A DNA stretch of 64,000 nt from an uncultured Actinomycetes bacterium (GTDB taxonomy: Bacteria; Actinomycetota; Thermoleophilia; UBA2241). The notes beneath the pieces were generated by a model, which saw nothing but the letters and a program-made list of their open reading frames with translations, searched no databases and was not told the origin of the DNA. Location: the NCBI GenBank assembly GCA_963725665.1, contig CAVRZA010000011.1:544001-608000 (forward strand). Direction: 5' to 3'. A program made the translations under genes and the position numbers. Numbering within the stretch: position 1 is the first letter of the stretch; every line of letters starts with the position of its first letter. Below, piece after piece: positions 29,083-38,822 of the stretch.

Positions 29083-30773
29083 TGACCCCCGAAGGTATCG
29101 GCCAGATCGCCCTCTACGTCGCCCTCCTGATCGCGTTCGCCTATCCACTAGGCCGTTACTACATGGCCTGGGTCTACACGCACGGGCGCGACGATCCTGT
29201 GGAGCGGGGCATGTTCCGGCTGTTCGGGCGTGGCAGCGGCAGCGAGCAGGACTGGAAGAGCTATGCCAAGACTGTGCTGATCTTCAGTCTCGTCTTCTCC
29301 GGCGTGCTCTATGCGATCATGCGTCTCCAGGCCCGCCTGTTCCTCAACCCGGACCACCTGGCCGCGGTTCCCTGGCACATCTCGCTCAACACAACCGCTA
29401 GCTTCATCACGAACACCAATTGGCAGTACTACGCCGGCGAATCGACGATGTCGTACCTGAGCCAGATGGCCGGCCTGGCGGTGCAGAACTTCGTCTCCGC
29501 CGCCGTGGGCATGGCGGTGCTGGCGGCCGTCGTGCGCGGCTTCTCGCGCCGCTCGCGGCACGAATTGGGCAACTTCTGGCGCGATCTCTATCGCTCCCTG
29601 GTGTACATCCTGCTGCCACTTTCGATCGTCGTCGCGGTGATCCTGATCTCGCAGGGCGTGCCCCAGACGTTCCACGCGCACGCCACGGCGACCACGCTGC
29701 AGGGCGCCCATCAGACGATCGCCCGTGGCCCCGTCGCCTCGCAGATCGCCATCAAGCAACTGGGCACCAACGGCGGCGGCTACTACAACTCGAACTCCGC
29801 TGTTCCTCTCGAGAATCCGACAGGGCTCTCGAACTTCGCCGAGATGCTCGCGATCCTGCTGATCCCCGCCGCCCAGGTGTTCATGTTCGGGCGCATGGTG
29901 CGAGCCCGCCGCCACGCCTGGATGGTTTTCGCGGCGATGTTCGTCATGTTCGTGATCGGTATCGGCGTCAACCTGGCGGCCGAGCAGCACGGTTCGCAGG
30001 TGCTGCGCGGCGCAGGCGTGAACATCGCCGCGGGCCAGGGGCAGAGCGGCGGCAACATGGCCGACAAGGAGGTCCGCTTTGGCATCGCCGCCACAACGAA
30101 CTGGACGGTCGCTACGAGCGACGCCTCGAATGGCTCGGTAAACGGCGGTTTCGATGCCAACACCGCCATTGGCGGCGCCGTGCCCCTCGTCAACCTCTTC
30201 GTGGGTGAGGTCATCTTCGGCGGCGTCGGCTCCGGACTGTACGGCATGTTCTTCTACATCGTGATCGCCGTGTTCATCGCCGGCCTGATGGTAGGTCGCA
30301 CGCCGGAGTGGCTGGGCAAGAAGATCGAGGCGCGTGAGATCAAATACGCCGCTATCGGCGCGCTCTTCGTGCCTACCATGGTGCTCGTCATGACTGCGAT
30401 CGCCGTGGCCGCGCCGGCGGGGCTCGCCTCGATCTTCAACCCGGGCGCCCACGGCTTCACGGAGGCGCTCTACGCGTACGACTCGCAGGCGAACAACAAC
30501 GGCAGCGCCTTCGCTGGCTACGGGGCGACCACCTTCTCCGCCACCTTTGGCACGATCGCGCTCTACCTCGGCCGCTTCGCGCCGCTGCTGGCGGCGCTGG
30601 CCCTCGGGGGCTCGCTCGCGGGGAAGAAGGTAGCACCCGAGTCCGCGGGGACCTTCCGCACCGACGGCCCTACCTTCGTCGTCCTGCTCGTCGGCGTCAT
30701 TGCGCTCACCGCCGGTCTGATGATCCTGCCCGCACTGAGCCTCGGGCCAATCGTGGAGTCACTGATGCACTGA
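29082..30773 (+). CDS. kdpA: KdpA (operon 2)
   Basis: TNTNWQ, LGTNGGG, SNGSVN, NNNGSAF, GLMVGRTPEWLGKKIE. Confidence 0.98.
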   Translation: MTPEGIGQIALYVALLIAFAYPLGRYYMAWVYTHGRDDPVERGMFRLFGRGSGSEQDWKSYAKTVLIFSLVFSGVLYAIMRLQARLFLNPDHLAAVPWHISLNTTASFITNTNWQYYAGESTMSYLSQMAGLAVQNFVSAAVGMAVLAAVVRGFSRRSRHELGNFWRDLYRSLVYILLPLSIVVAVILISQGVPQTFHAHATATTLQGAHQTIARGPVASQIAIKQLGTNGGGYYNSNSAVPLENPTGLSNFAEMLAILLIPAAQVFMFGRMVRARRHAWMVFAAMFVMFVIGIGVNLAAEQHGSQVLRGAGVNIAAGQGQSGGNMADKEVRFGIAATTNWTVATSDASNGSVNGGFDANTAIGGAVPLVNLFVGEVIFGGVGSGLYGMFFYIVIAVFIAGLMVGRTPEWLGKKIEAREIKYAAIGALFVPTMVLVMTAIAVAAPAGLASIFNPGAHGFTEALYAYDSQANNNGSAFAGYGATTFSATFGTIALYLGRFAPLLAALALGGSLAGKKVAPESAGTFRTDGPTFVVLLVGVIALTAGLMILPALSLGPIVESLMH

Positions 30774-31360
30774 TGCGTACGCTCCTTCGCACACTCATCG
30801 CCGTCGTCGCGCTCACCGCGGTCTTCGGCCTCGCCTACCCTGCGATCATGGTCGGTTTCGCATCGCTCTCGTTCTCGGGCAAGTCACAAGGCAGCCTGAT
30901 CTACCACAACGGCAGCGTGGTGGGTTCGCGCCTGGCGGCGCAGGAATTCACCGACCCCCGCTACTTTCATGAGCGGCCCTCGGCTACGTCGCCCGCGTAC
31001 AACGCCGGTGGGACGACCTTCGCCAACCTGGGGCCCACAAACCCCGATCTCACAAAAGCGGTGCGCGAGCAGGCGCAGGCGATCCTCAAGCTCGAGGGTC
31101 CCTACAACCCGGGTCTGACGATCGGCGATATCCCCGTCGACGCCGTCACGACCTCCGGCTCCGGCATCGACCCTCATGTCTCACCTGCTTACGCGGAGCT
31201 GCAGGCTCCTCGCATCGCCGCTGTGCGGCAACTGCCTCTCGCCACGGTCGAGAGGCTGGTCAAAGACAACACTGACGGTCGCAGCCTAGGCTTCCTCGGT
31301 GAGCCTGGTGTGAACGTCCTCGAGCTCAACCTTGCGCTCGACAGGCTAGGAGGCAAGTAG
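30773..31360 (+). CDS. kdpC: KdpC (operon 2)
   Basis: [51 protein letters not shown]. Confidence 0.97.
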   Translation: MRTLLRTLIAVVALTAVFGLAYPAIMVGFASLSFSGKSQGSLIYHNGSVVGSRLAAQEFTDPRYFHERPSATSPAYNAGGTTFANLGPTNPDLTKAVREQAQAILKLEGPYNPGLTIGDIPVDAVTTSGSGIDPHVSPAYAELQAPRIAAVRQLPLATVERLVKDNTDGRSLGFLGEPGVNVLELNLALDRLGGK

Positions 31361-31362
31361 GC

Positions 31363-33423
31363 ATGGCAAGGCGCTCAAGCGTCTTCTCGCGCGAGCTCGC
31401 GCTCGCAGCGGTGCGCGATTCCTTCCCCAAGCTCAACCCACGCAACCAGATCAGAAACCCGGTCATGTTCGTGGTCGAGATCGGCAGCGTCATCACAACC
31501 GCGATCTTCTTCATCGACCTCGTCCGCGGTCAGACCGGCCAGCTCTGGTTCGTCGGAACTATCTCGGTCTGGCTCTGGCTCACGGTGCTGTTCGCGAACT
31601 TCGCGGAGGCGATCGCCGAGGGCCGCGGAAAGGCACAGGCAAATGCCCTGAGGGCGACCAGGACGACCACGATCGCCACCCGGCGGCGCGAGAGCGGTGC
31701 CCTCGAGCAGGTCCCCGCGCCGGAGCTCTCGCGTGGGGACGTCGTCATCGTTACGGCGGGCGAGATCATTCCCGCCGACGGCGAAGTGATCGAAGGCATC
31801 GGCTCGGTCGACGAGTCGGCGATCACTGGCGAGTCGGCCCCCGTGATCCGCGAAGCCGGCGGCGATCGCTCTGCCGTCACTGGCGGCACCAGGCTCCTCT
31901 CAGACCGACTCGTCGTCGAAGTCACCCAGGAGGCGGGCAAGTCGTTCCTCGAGAGGATGATCGCACTGGTCGAGGGCGCGGAGCGGCGAAAGACGCCGAA
32001 CGAGATCGCGCTGAACATCCTGCTCGCTGGCCTGACGATCACCTTTCTCGTCGCGGTCGTCACCTTGCGGCCCTACGGACTCTATGCGCACACCAGCCTT
32101 TCGCAGACGGTGCTGATCGCACTGCTCGTCGCCCTGATCCCGACCACGATCGGTGCCCTGCTCTCAGCGATCGGCATCGCCGGTATGGACCGGCTCGTGC
32201 AGCGCAACGTGCTAGCCATGTCAGGGCGCGCAGTCGAGGCGTCGGGCGACGTTGACGTGTTGCTCCTCGACAAGACCGGCACGATCACGCTGGGCAATCG
32301 ACAGGCGGTCAACTTCATCCCCGCTCCCGGTGTGGACGAGCGGGAGTTCGCCGAGGTCGCGCAGCTGGCGTCGTTGGCCGATGAAACCCCCGAGGGTCGT
32401 TCCATCGTCGTTCTCGCAAAGGAACGCTTCAACCTGCGTGAGCGCACCCTGGGGGAAGAGGAAGTCGAGTTCGTGCCGTTCACTGCCGTCACACGTATGA
32501 GCGGCGTCAACCTCGAGGGCAGCATGATCCGCAAAGGCGCCGCCGACGCAGTAAGAGGCTTCATCGAGGAACGCGGCGGCACCGCCATCCCCGCCGAAAT
32601 CCACGCGACCGTACAGAGGGTCGCCGAGGAGGGCGGGACGCCCCTCGTCGTCGCCAAGGACGGCTCCGCACTCGGTGTCATCCAGCTGAAGGACGTCGTC
32701 AAGGGTGAGCTGCGTGAGCGCTTCGACGGCATGCGGAAGATGGGCATCCGCACCGTGATGATAACGGGCGACAATCGAGTCACCGCAGCTGTGATCGCCA
32801 AGGAGGCCGGTGTCGACGACTTCCTTGCGGAGGCAACGCCGGAGGCAAAACTCGCACTCATCCGCGAGGAGCAGGCGCGCGGCCGTATGGTCGCCATGAC
32901 CGGTGACGGCACTAACGATGCCCCGGCGCTGGCCCAGGCCGACGTGGGCGTGGCCATGAACGCCGGGACCTCCGCCGCCAAGGAAGCCGGCAACATGGTC
33001 GACCTCGACAACAACCCGACGAAGCTGATCGAGATAGTAGAGGTCGGCAAGCAGCTCCTGATCACCCGCGGCGCCTTGACCACGTTCTCGATAGCCAACG
33101 ACGTGGCCAAGTACTTCGCCATCCTGCCGGCGATGTTCGCCTTCACGTATGCGACGCATCCCGGCGAGCGCGGGCCGCTCAACTCGCTCAATATCATGCA
33201 CCTGGGAGATCCGAAGAGCGCGATCATCTCCGCGATCATCTTCAACGCCCTGATCATCGTGGCGCTCATCCCCCTCGCCCTCAAAGGCGTCCGCTACCGC
33301 GCCATCGGCGCCACTGCGCTGCTGCGGCGCAACCTCCTGATCTACGGGCTCGGCGGCATCGTCTTGCCGTTCGTGGGGATCAAGCTGATCGACCTCGTCG
33401 TCCACAACGTGCTTGGAGCTTAG
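31363..33423 (+). CDS. kdpB: KdpB (operon 2)
   Basis: [43 protein letters not shown]. Confidence 0.98.
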   Translation: MARRSSVFSRELALAAVRDSFPKLNPRNQIRNPVMFVVEIGSVITTAIFFIDLVRGQTGQLWFVGTISVWLWLTVLFANFAEAIAEGRGKAQANALRATRTTTIATRRRESGALEQVPAPELSRGDVVIVTAGEIIPADGEVIEGIGSVDESAITGESAPVIREAGGDRSAVTGGTRLLSDRLVVEVTQEAGKSFLERMIALVEGAERRKTPNEIALNILLAGLTITFLVAVVTLRPYGLYAHTSLSQTVLIALLVALIPTTIGALLSAIGIAGMDRLVQRNVLAMSGRAVEASGDVDVLLLDKTGTITLGNRQAVNFIPAPGVDEREFAEVAQLASLADETPEGRSIVVLAKERFNLRERTLGEEEVEFVPFTAVTRMSGVNLEGSMIRKGAADAVRGFIEERGGTAIPAEIHATVQRVAEEGGTPLVVAKDGSALGVIQLKDVVKGELRERFDGMRKMGIRTVMITGDNRVTAAVIAKEAGVDDFLAEATPEAKLALIREEQARGRMVAMTGDGTNDAPALAQADVGVAMNAGTSAAKEAGNMVDLDNNPTKLIEIVEVGKQLLITRGALTTFSIANDVAKYFAILPAMFAFTYATHPGERGPLNSLNIMHLGDPKSAIISAIIFNALIIVALIPLALKGVRYRAIGATALLRRNLLIYGLGGIVLPFVGIKLIDLVVHNVLGA

Positions 33424-33530
33424 TGCAGCGGTAGCGCGGCCCGTCGAGTGTGTGGCAGGGCAATGGCCGGTCCTCCGTGCGGCAGAGCGAGCAGAGTCCC
33501 AGCATCTCTTTTGATGCTGTCGTGGAGCGC

Positions 33531-33579
33531 ATTAAGCGCATCTTTATGCCGGCAGAACTGCCCTTTACGGGTGATTAAC
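33531..33579 (+). promoter_or_regulatory. Four-box operator (putative KdpE site) for the DUF294 gene
   Basis: ATTAAG-5-CTTTAT-15-CTTTAC-5-ATTAAC, then 11 nt ending GGG, then TAGCTT. Confidence 0.78.
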
Positions 33580-33689
33580 GCGGTGCCGGGTAGCTTCTGC
33601 GGGCGGGCTGCGTCCTTGGCGGCGCAACCCGCTGTCTCGTGCGCCGTTTTCGCGGGGCGCTGCACCGGACGTCAAGCAGGAGGCGGGCT

Positions 33690-35525
33690 GTGGCGGTCAC
33701 AGCTCTCAAGAAGAGCCCAACGAATGAGCGGGTCGGATTCCTCTCGCGCCTCGAACTGTTCAAGGGACTCGACCAGGACGAGCTCGAGCGGATAGCAGCG
33801 GCGATCTCGGTGCAGATCGCCGCTGCCGGAGAGGCGGTCCAAGTGGAGAGCGGCATCCCCGGCGACCACCTGTTCGTTGTGCTTGACGGCACCCTCGAGC
33901 TCATCCACAAGGGCGCCGTCGTGGCCATCCTCTCCAAAGGGGAGGTGTTCGGACACTCTACCCTGCTCACCGGACTGCCACCCGAGTTCACGACACGTGC
34001 GGGAACCCCTTCCACGCTCTGGCGCATCCCGAAAGACATCGCCGTCGACCTCCTGAGTCGGCCTGCAGGGGTGAGGTTCGTCGCCGACACGCTGCGCGAG
34101 CAGCTGATCCAAGCGGCGCGATCCACGAACGGGGCTGCCGATCTCGCTGCGCGGCCGGTGGTGTCGCTGGTGCGCGGAGCACCCGTGTTCTGCGAGGCGG
34201 ACGCGACGATCCGTGAGGCGGCGACGCTCATGAGCGCCAGCAGAGCGAGTGCGCTCTTGGTGCGGACGGTCGGGGGTCTTGGCATCGTCACTGACTCCGA
34301 CCTGCGCGAGAAGGTCGTGGCCGGCGACGTTCCCCGAGACGCCGCGGTCACTGCCGTCATGACGACCCCGGTGGAGAGCGTCGCTGCCGACCGGCTGGGT
34401 CCCGAGGCCGCGGTCCAGATGATGGCCGCCGGCGTCAACCATCTCGTTGTCGAGGACAAGGCCGGCAGGCTCGTCGGCGTCCTGTCGGCCGCGGACCTCG
34501 TTTCCCTCGACGCGCGCAGCCCCTTCGCCCTGCGGCGCCGGATTCAGGAGGCACGGAACGAAGACGATCTTGTGGCGGCATCCAGGGATCTACCTGCCCT
34601 GTTCGCCGAGCTGCTCGACGCCCGGGTCGATGCCCCTGCTGTGGCTCGGATCCTGACCGTGCTCTGCGATGCCATGACAGTGCGTCTGCTGGAGCTCTTC
34701 TTCGACCGGCATGGCCAGCCACCAGTCGGCTACGCCTGGCTTTTGTTCGGCAGCAGCGCCCGGAACGAGCTCACTCTGGCCTCCGACCAGGACAACGGCA
34801 TCGCCTACGAGGACGGCGACGACCCCCGCGTCGAGGACTACTTCCGCGAGCTGGCCGAGGACGTCAACGACGGGCTGGTCCGCAGCGGCTTCGCCGCCGA
34901 CCCCCACGGCACGGTGGCGCAGAACTGGCAGTGGCGCCTGCCCCTCTCGCTGTGGCGCTCCGTCTTCGCCCGCTCGCTCGAGGACAGGGACGTCAATCGC
35001 CTCGCCCGTGCCAGCGTCGCCTTCGACTTCCGGCAGCTGGCCGGGGACTTGGCGGTGGCCGGGCCACTGACCGAGATCATGCGCGAGGCGCCCGGCCACC
35101 GCCGCTTCATGAGCGGTCTCGCCCAGCTCGCGACGCGCAACCCCCTGCCGTTGTCTGGCCTGCGCCAGCGGGTGGCGGGTCGGCTCGACGTGAAACGGGA
35201 GTGCCTGCGGCCGATTCAGAACTTCGCCCGCTACCAGGCCCTGCTGGCGGGCATCAGCGCGCACTCCACCCTAGATCGACTCGCGGGGGTGCGCGAGGCG
35301 GGCCTGCTGGACCGTGAGAGCGAGCAGTCGCTGAGCGACGCCTTCACGATCCTGCTGGGCCTGCAGCTGCGACATCACGGCGACGCCCTGGGCGAGGGGC
35401 GCCCCCTCGACAACGAGCTCTACGTGGAGAGCCTTCGCCCGCTCACACGGGCCAGCCTCCAGGAGGCGCTGCGCGTGGTGGCGGCCACACAGCGGCGCTT
35501 CCCGCGGCTGCCGGCCCTGGGCTGA
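33690..35525 (+). CDS. cNMP-binding + CBS pair + DUF294 nucleotidyltransferase-like protein
   Basis: cNMP domain (ELFKGLD..GEVFG), CBS pair (GIVTDSDLR, VMTTPV), NTase motif FGSSARNELTLASDQDNGI, DUF294_C-like LDVK..LRPI...STLDRL. RBS AGGAGG. Confidence 0.88.
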   Translation: MAVTALKKSPTNERVGFLSRLELFKGLDQDELERIAAAISVQIAAAGEAVQVESGIPGDHLFVVLDGTLELIHKGAVVAILSKGEVFGHSTLLTGLPPEFTTRAGTPSTLWRIPKDIAVDLLSRPAGVRFVADTLREQLIQAARSTNGAADLAARPVVSLVRGAPVFCEADATIREAATLMSASRASALLVRTVGGLGIVTDSDLREKVVAGDVPRDAAVTAVMTTPVESVAADRLGPEAAVQMMAAGVNHLVVEDKAGRLVGVLSAADLVSLDARSPFALRRRIQEARNEDDLVAASRDLPALFAELLDARVDAPAVARILTVLCDAMTVRLLELFFDRHGQPPVGYAWLLFGSSARNELTLASDQDNGIAYEDGDDPRVEDYFRELAEDVNDGLVRSGFAADPHGTVAQNWQWRLPLSLWRSVFARSLEDRDVNRLARASVAFDFRQLAGDLAVAGPLTEIMREAPGHRRFMSGLAQLATRNPLPLSGLRQRVAGRLDVKRECLRPIQNFARYQALLAGISAHSTLDRLAGVREAGLLDRESEQSLSDAFTILLGLQLRHHGDALGEGRPLDNELYVESLRPLTRASLQEALRVVAATQRRFPRLPALG

Positions 35526-35719
35526 GTCGTGCCGCAACAGATGGTCATGGCAGAGGCGCTGTTGTCCCACCTCTGGGGCGACTCTCAGCGCTCGCGGGTC
35601 CTATTCCACACTCCCTTTGCGGCGCTCTGGGCGCTCAGACCGCGTCATGATCGCGCCGACCGGGCTCACAAGACGATACTGTGAGGATGCGTCAGAGCGA
35701 CTTCGTCGATGGGGTGTGG

Positions 35720-35763
35720 GCGGACGGGCCCGCCGAGCCGTGAGGTTCGGCGGGCCCGTCCGC
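35720..35763. terminator. 20-bp GC-rich hairpin with GTGA tetraloop
   Basis: GCGGACGGGCCCGCCGAGCC-GTGA-GGTTCGGCGGGCCCGTCCGC, between the DUF294 gene and kdpE. Confidence 0.55.
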
Positions 35764-35948
35764 GAACAGCTGGCGGCACGTGTTGTGTGAGGAACATCGC
35801 CAGCGGGGTGCTACCATATACAGGGGGGAATAGAGGACGGTCTCTGTCAGCACGGGTCCGTTGTGCCGGGAGGCGCGGCCAACCGATGCACGCACCACCC
35901 TACGGCTGCGCGTGCGGGATGCCGGTTTAGGCCGGCGCGGAGGGGGCA

Positions 35949-36662
35949 GTGAGCGGAATCCCCGAACGTCCGACTCGCATCCTTGTCGTCGACGACGAGG
36001 AGCAGATACGGCGCGCCGTTGGCTCGATTCTCCGTGCCAGAGGCTATGCACTTGACCTTGCGGCGACTGCCCACGAGGCGCTGCTCACCGCCATCGACCA
36101 TCCGCCCGATCTCGTCGTGCTCGACCTCGCGCTGCCCGATCGCAGCGGCATCGAGGTCTGTCGTGAGTTGCGCTCGTGGACGAGTGTCCCAATCCTCGTT
36201 CTGTCGGTGCGCTCTGCTGAGCACGACAAGATCCAGGCCCTGGACGAGGGGGCCGACGACTACCTGACGAAGCCCTTCTCGGCGGGAGAACTGTTGGCGC
36301 GCGTGCGCGCCCTCCTGCGACGGGCGGCGTCACGGACGATACCGCCGCCCGTGGTGGAGGTGGGCGATCTCGTGGTCGACATCGCGCGGCGGCGCGTGAC
36401 TCTCGCGGGCGACGATGTATCCCTCACGCCGACCGAGTTCGACATCCTCGCCTATCTGGCCCGCAACGCCGATCTCGTCGTGACGCAGCGTCAGATTCTC
36501 GAGGAGGTATGGGGACCTGAGTGGGCCGAAGACGCGCAGACGTTGCGCGTGCACGTCAGCCACCTACGCAGGAAGATCGAGCCGACGCCAAGCGGCCGTC
36601 GCTACATCATCACGGAGCCGCGCATAGGCTTTAGGTTCTCGACCGCTGAGGACTCTACTTGA
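35949..36662 (+). CDS. kdpE: KdpE OmpR-family response regulator
   Basis: ILVVDDEEQIRR, DLVVLDLALPDRSG, DKIQALDEGADDYLTKPF, LTPTEF, LRVHVSHLRRKIE..P. Confidence 0.9.
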   Translation: MSGIPERPTRILVVDDEEQIRRAVGSILRARGYALDLAATAHEALLTAIDHPPDLVVLDLALPDRSGIEVCRELRSWTSVPILVLSVRSAEHDKIQALDEGADDYLTKPFSAGELLARVRALLRRAASRTIPPPVVEVGDLVVDIARRRVTLAGDDVSLTPTEFDILAYLARNADLVVTQRQILEEVWGPEWAEDAQTLRVHVSHLRRKIEPTPSGRRYIITEPRIGFRFSTAEDST

Positions 36663-38241
36663 CCCGTGACCGTATCGGCAGCGAGACGGTGAAGCGGGCC
36701 CCTGTGGCCTGTGCCGGCTCCACCCAGACCTCGCCGCCGTGCGCTTTGACGATCTCACGAGTGATAGCGAGGCCGAGGCCGGTACCGGAGGGGGCTTTCG
36801 TCCCGGCGCGCTGCCCCCGGTAGAATTTCTCGAAGATCCGCTCCCGCTCCTCCTCGCCGACGCCGGGCCCCTCGTCCTCGACCCACATCTCCACTGAGCC
36901 CACACCAGCTCTCGCGCCCACTCGCACGGGCGACGACTCGCCCCCGTAGATGATGGCATTCTCGATGAGGTTCTGGAGGACGCGCGCCCATTGCACGAAG
37001 TCGACCTCGATGAGAGGCAGGTCATCGGGCAGCGAGACCTCCACGCGAGCGCGCTGGTGGGCCGGAAGGGCGTCCGTGCTGGCGGAGACGATGTCGGAGA
37101 GCTCGTAGAGGTCCAGTGACGGTTCCCACGAGCGGGCCTCGAGCCGTGAGAGATCGAGCAGTGAGTTGATGCTGTTGTTCAGACGGGCGATGTCGTCGAC
37201 GATGCCGCGCAGTTCGTCGTGGACGAGGCGCTCGTCCCAGGCGACATCGCTCTCGAGGAGGTTGCTGACAGTTGCAGTGAGGGCCGCCAGCGGCGTCTTG
37301 AGCTCGTGCGACACAGAAGAGAGCAGACTCGATTTGAGTCGATCCGCCTCCCGCAGCGCCTCGGCGCGGGTCGCCTTGGCCTGAAGGTTCTGGCGCTCGA
37401 GAAAGACGCCGATCAGGTTGGCAAGCGATGCCATGAGCCGCGCCTCGGCAGCGTCATACGGGTGCCCGTTGGGCCGGCCGCGCACGGCGAGCACACCCGT
37501 GACGCCCGCGCCCGAGTGGAGCGGGATGAAGGTGCCATTGATGCCTACGAAGGCCTCAGCTGCCGGTTCCCGTAAGAAGGAGGCTCCTTGGAGTTGCTCC
37601 TGTCGATGGCTCGCTGGAAAGCCGAGCGTGCAGTCGTGGCTGTAGGCCCACTGAGCTCCGTCCACAGTGTCTCGGTCGGGCGGCCCGGAAGGTAGCGAGG
37701 CGCAGAAGGACAGCAACCCGCTATCGCTGCCTATGAAGAGCGCCGCCGAGGATGCGCCCACGACATCGATGATCTCTTCGAGGACGGTGTAGGCCATCGT
37801 CTCGGTGGACGTTTCCGAGACCAAGCGGGCGCTCAACCTGTTGAGCACTGCAGTCTCATGCTCTCGTGCGTGGGCTCGCTCCTCGCGGTTCCGCATGCGA
37901 CCTGTTTGCACCCCCATGGCCAGACCCACGGCGAGGAAGGCCAGCAGCGACAGGTAATCCTGGGGATCCCTCACCACGAGGGTGTGGTAAGGAGGGAGAA
38001 AGAAGAAGTCCCAGGCGAGGAAGGCGAGGATTGCGGCGACCACCGCCGGCCCCGTGCCGCTCGCCCCCGCGACCAGGACGACTATGAGAAGGTAGAGGAG
38101 CGCCCACTGCCCCTTGGCGAAGTGGTCGCGGCCAGGGAGAAAGATGGCCGTCGACACTGCGATTGCCAGGACGGCGAGCACGTAGCCGTGACGGGCGAGT
38201 CGCCTCTGCAGGTCTTTGACCGTGACCCTCATGCCAAACAC
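36655..38241 (-). CDS. kdpD: KdpD C-terminal half: 4-TM (DUF4118) + GAF + histidine kinase
   Basis: AFLAWDFFFLPPYHTL, LLSSVSHELKTPLA, NLIENA, DEGPG, FEKFYRG, GTGLGLAI. Confidence 0.9.
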   Translation of the reverse strand: MFGMRVTVKDLQRRLARHGYVLAVLAIAVSTAIFLPGRDHFAKGQWALLYLLIVVLVAGASGTGPAVVAAILAFLAWDFFFLPPYHTLVVRDPQDYLSLLAFLAVGLAMGVQTGRMRNREERAHAREHETAVLNRLSARLVSETSTETMAYTVLEEIIDVVGASSAALFIGSDSGLLSFCASLPSGPPDRDTVDGAQWAYSHDCTLGFPASHRQEQLQGASFLREPAAEAFVGINGTFIPLHSGAGVTGVLAVRGRPNGHPYDAAEARLMASLANLIGVFLERQNLQAKATRAEALREADRLKSSLLSSVSHELKTPLAALTATVSNLLESDVAWDERLVHDELRGIVDDIARLNNSINSLLDLSRLEARSWEPSLDLYELSDIVSASTDALPAHQRARVEVSLPDDLPLIEVDFVQWARVLQNLIENAIIYGGESSPVRVGARAGVGSVEMWVEDEGPGVGEEERERIFEKFYRGQRAGTKAPSGTGLGLAITREIVKAHGGEVWVEPAQATGARFTVSLPIRSRVK

Positions 38242-38382
38242 ACTCTATCGCTGACGGAGGCCCCGGTGGACCTGGCAGACAGTGCCGACGGGGAGCCAGC
38301 ACACGCGGCTGCAGCGCGTGTGTGCTTGGATTTCAGGAGCGAAGCTCAGAAAGGAAGCCCTTGAAGGGCGAGCTTCCCGGGC

Positions 38383-38610
38383 TCAGCGCGCGCGATAGGC
38401 CGTCACGGCGGTGCGCCGCTCGGGCGAGCGGCTGAGCTTGCCGCGGACGACTTCGGCTGGCTTGCGTCCGAGCCGGTGAACGCTGACCCTCGCGCGCTGA
38501 CGAAGAGGTCGGACAGTGGACTTCTCGAGGAGGACCATGGCCGCATACGTGAGTCCCAGCACCCACGCTGTCGCGGCCGCAAACAGAAGCACGTCGATGA
38601 TAAGCTTCAC
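38383..38610 (-). CDS. Small single-TM protein with basic tail (75 aa)
   Basis: MKLIIDVLLFAAATAWVLGLTYAAMVLLEKSTVRPLRQR...; four-box promoter upstream; resembles the 86-aa protein. Confidence 0.65.
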   Translation of the reverse strand: MKLIIDVLLFAAATAWVLGLTYAAMVLLEKSTVRPLRQRARVSVHRLGRKPAEVVRGKLSRSPERRTAVTAYRAR

Positions 38611-38669
38611 GTCCAACCTTCAGTCCCCAAGCCAAGTAGGCGATTCGTAATTAGGCTACCCGTGGGTGT

Positions 38670-38718
38670 GTTAAGGACGTGTGAAGCGAACGCACCAGAA
38701 CATAAAGGTTCTGTTAAG
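38670..38718 (-). promoter_or_regulatory. Four-box operator (putative KdpE site) for the 75-aa gene / kinase
   Basis: CTTAAC-5-CTTTAT-15-CTTCAC-5-CTTAAC, then 11 nt ending GGG, then TAGCCT. Confidence 0.78.
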
Positions 38719-38822
38719 ACGCAGCGCCCGTCCGGGCCCCACGATGTCCGGCAAGTAGTAGCGCGTTAGGCGTCGCTGGCCCCGCGCGACGATCGGCCGG
38801 GCCTCCGCGCCTCGCGCATCAT

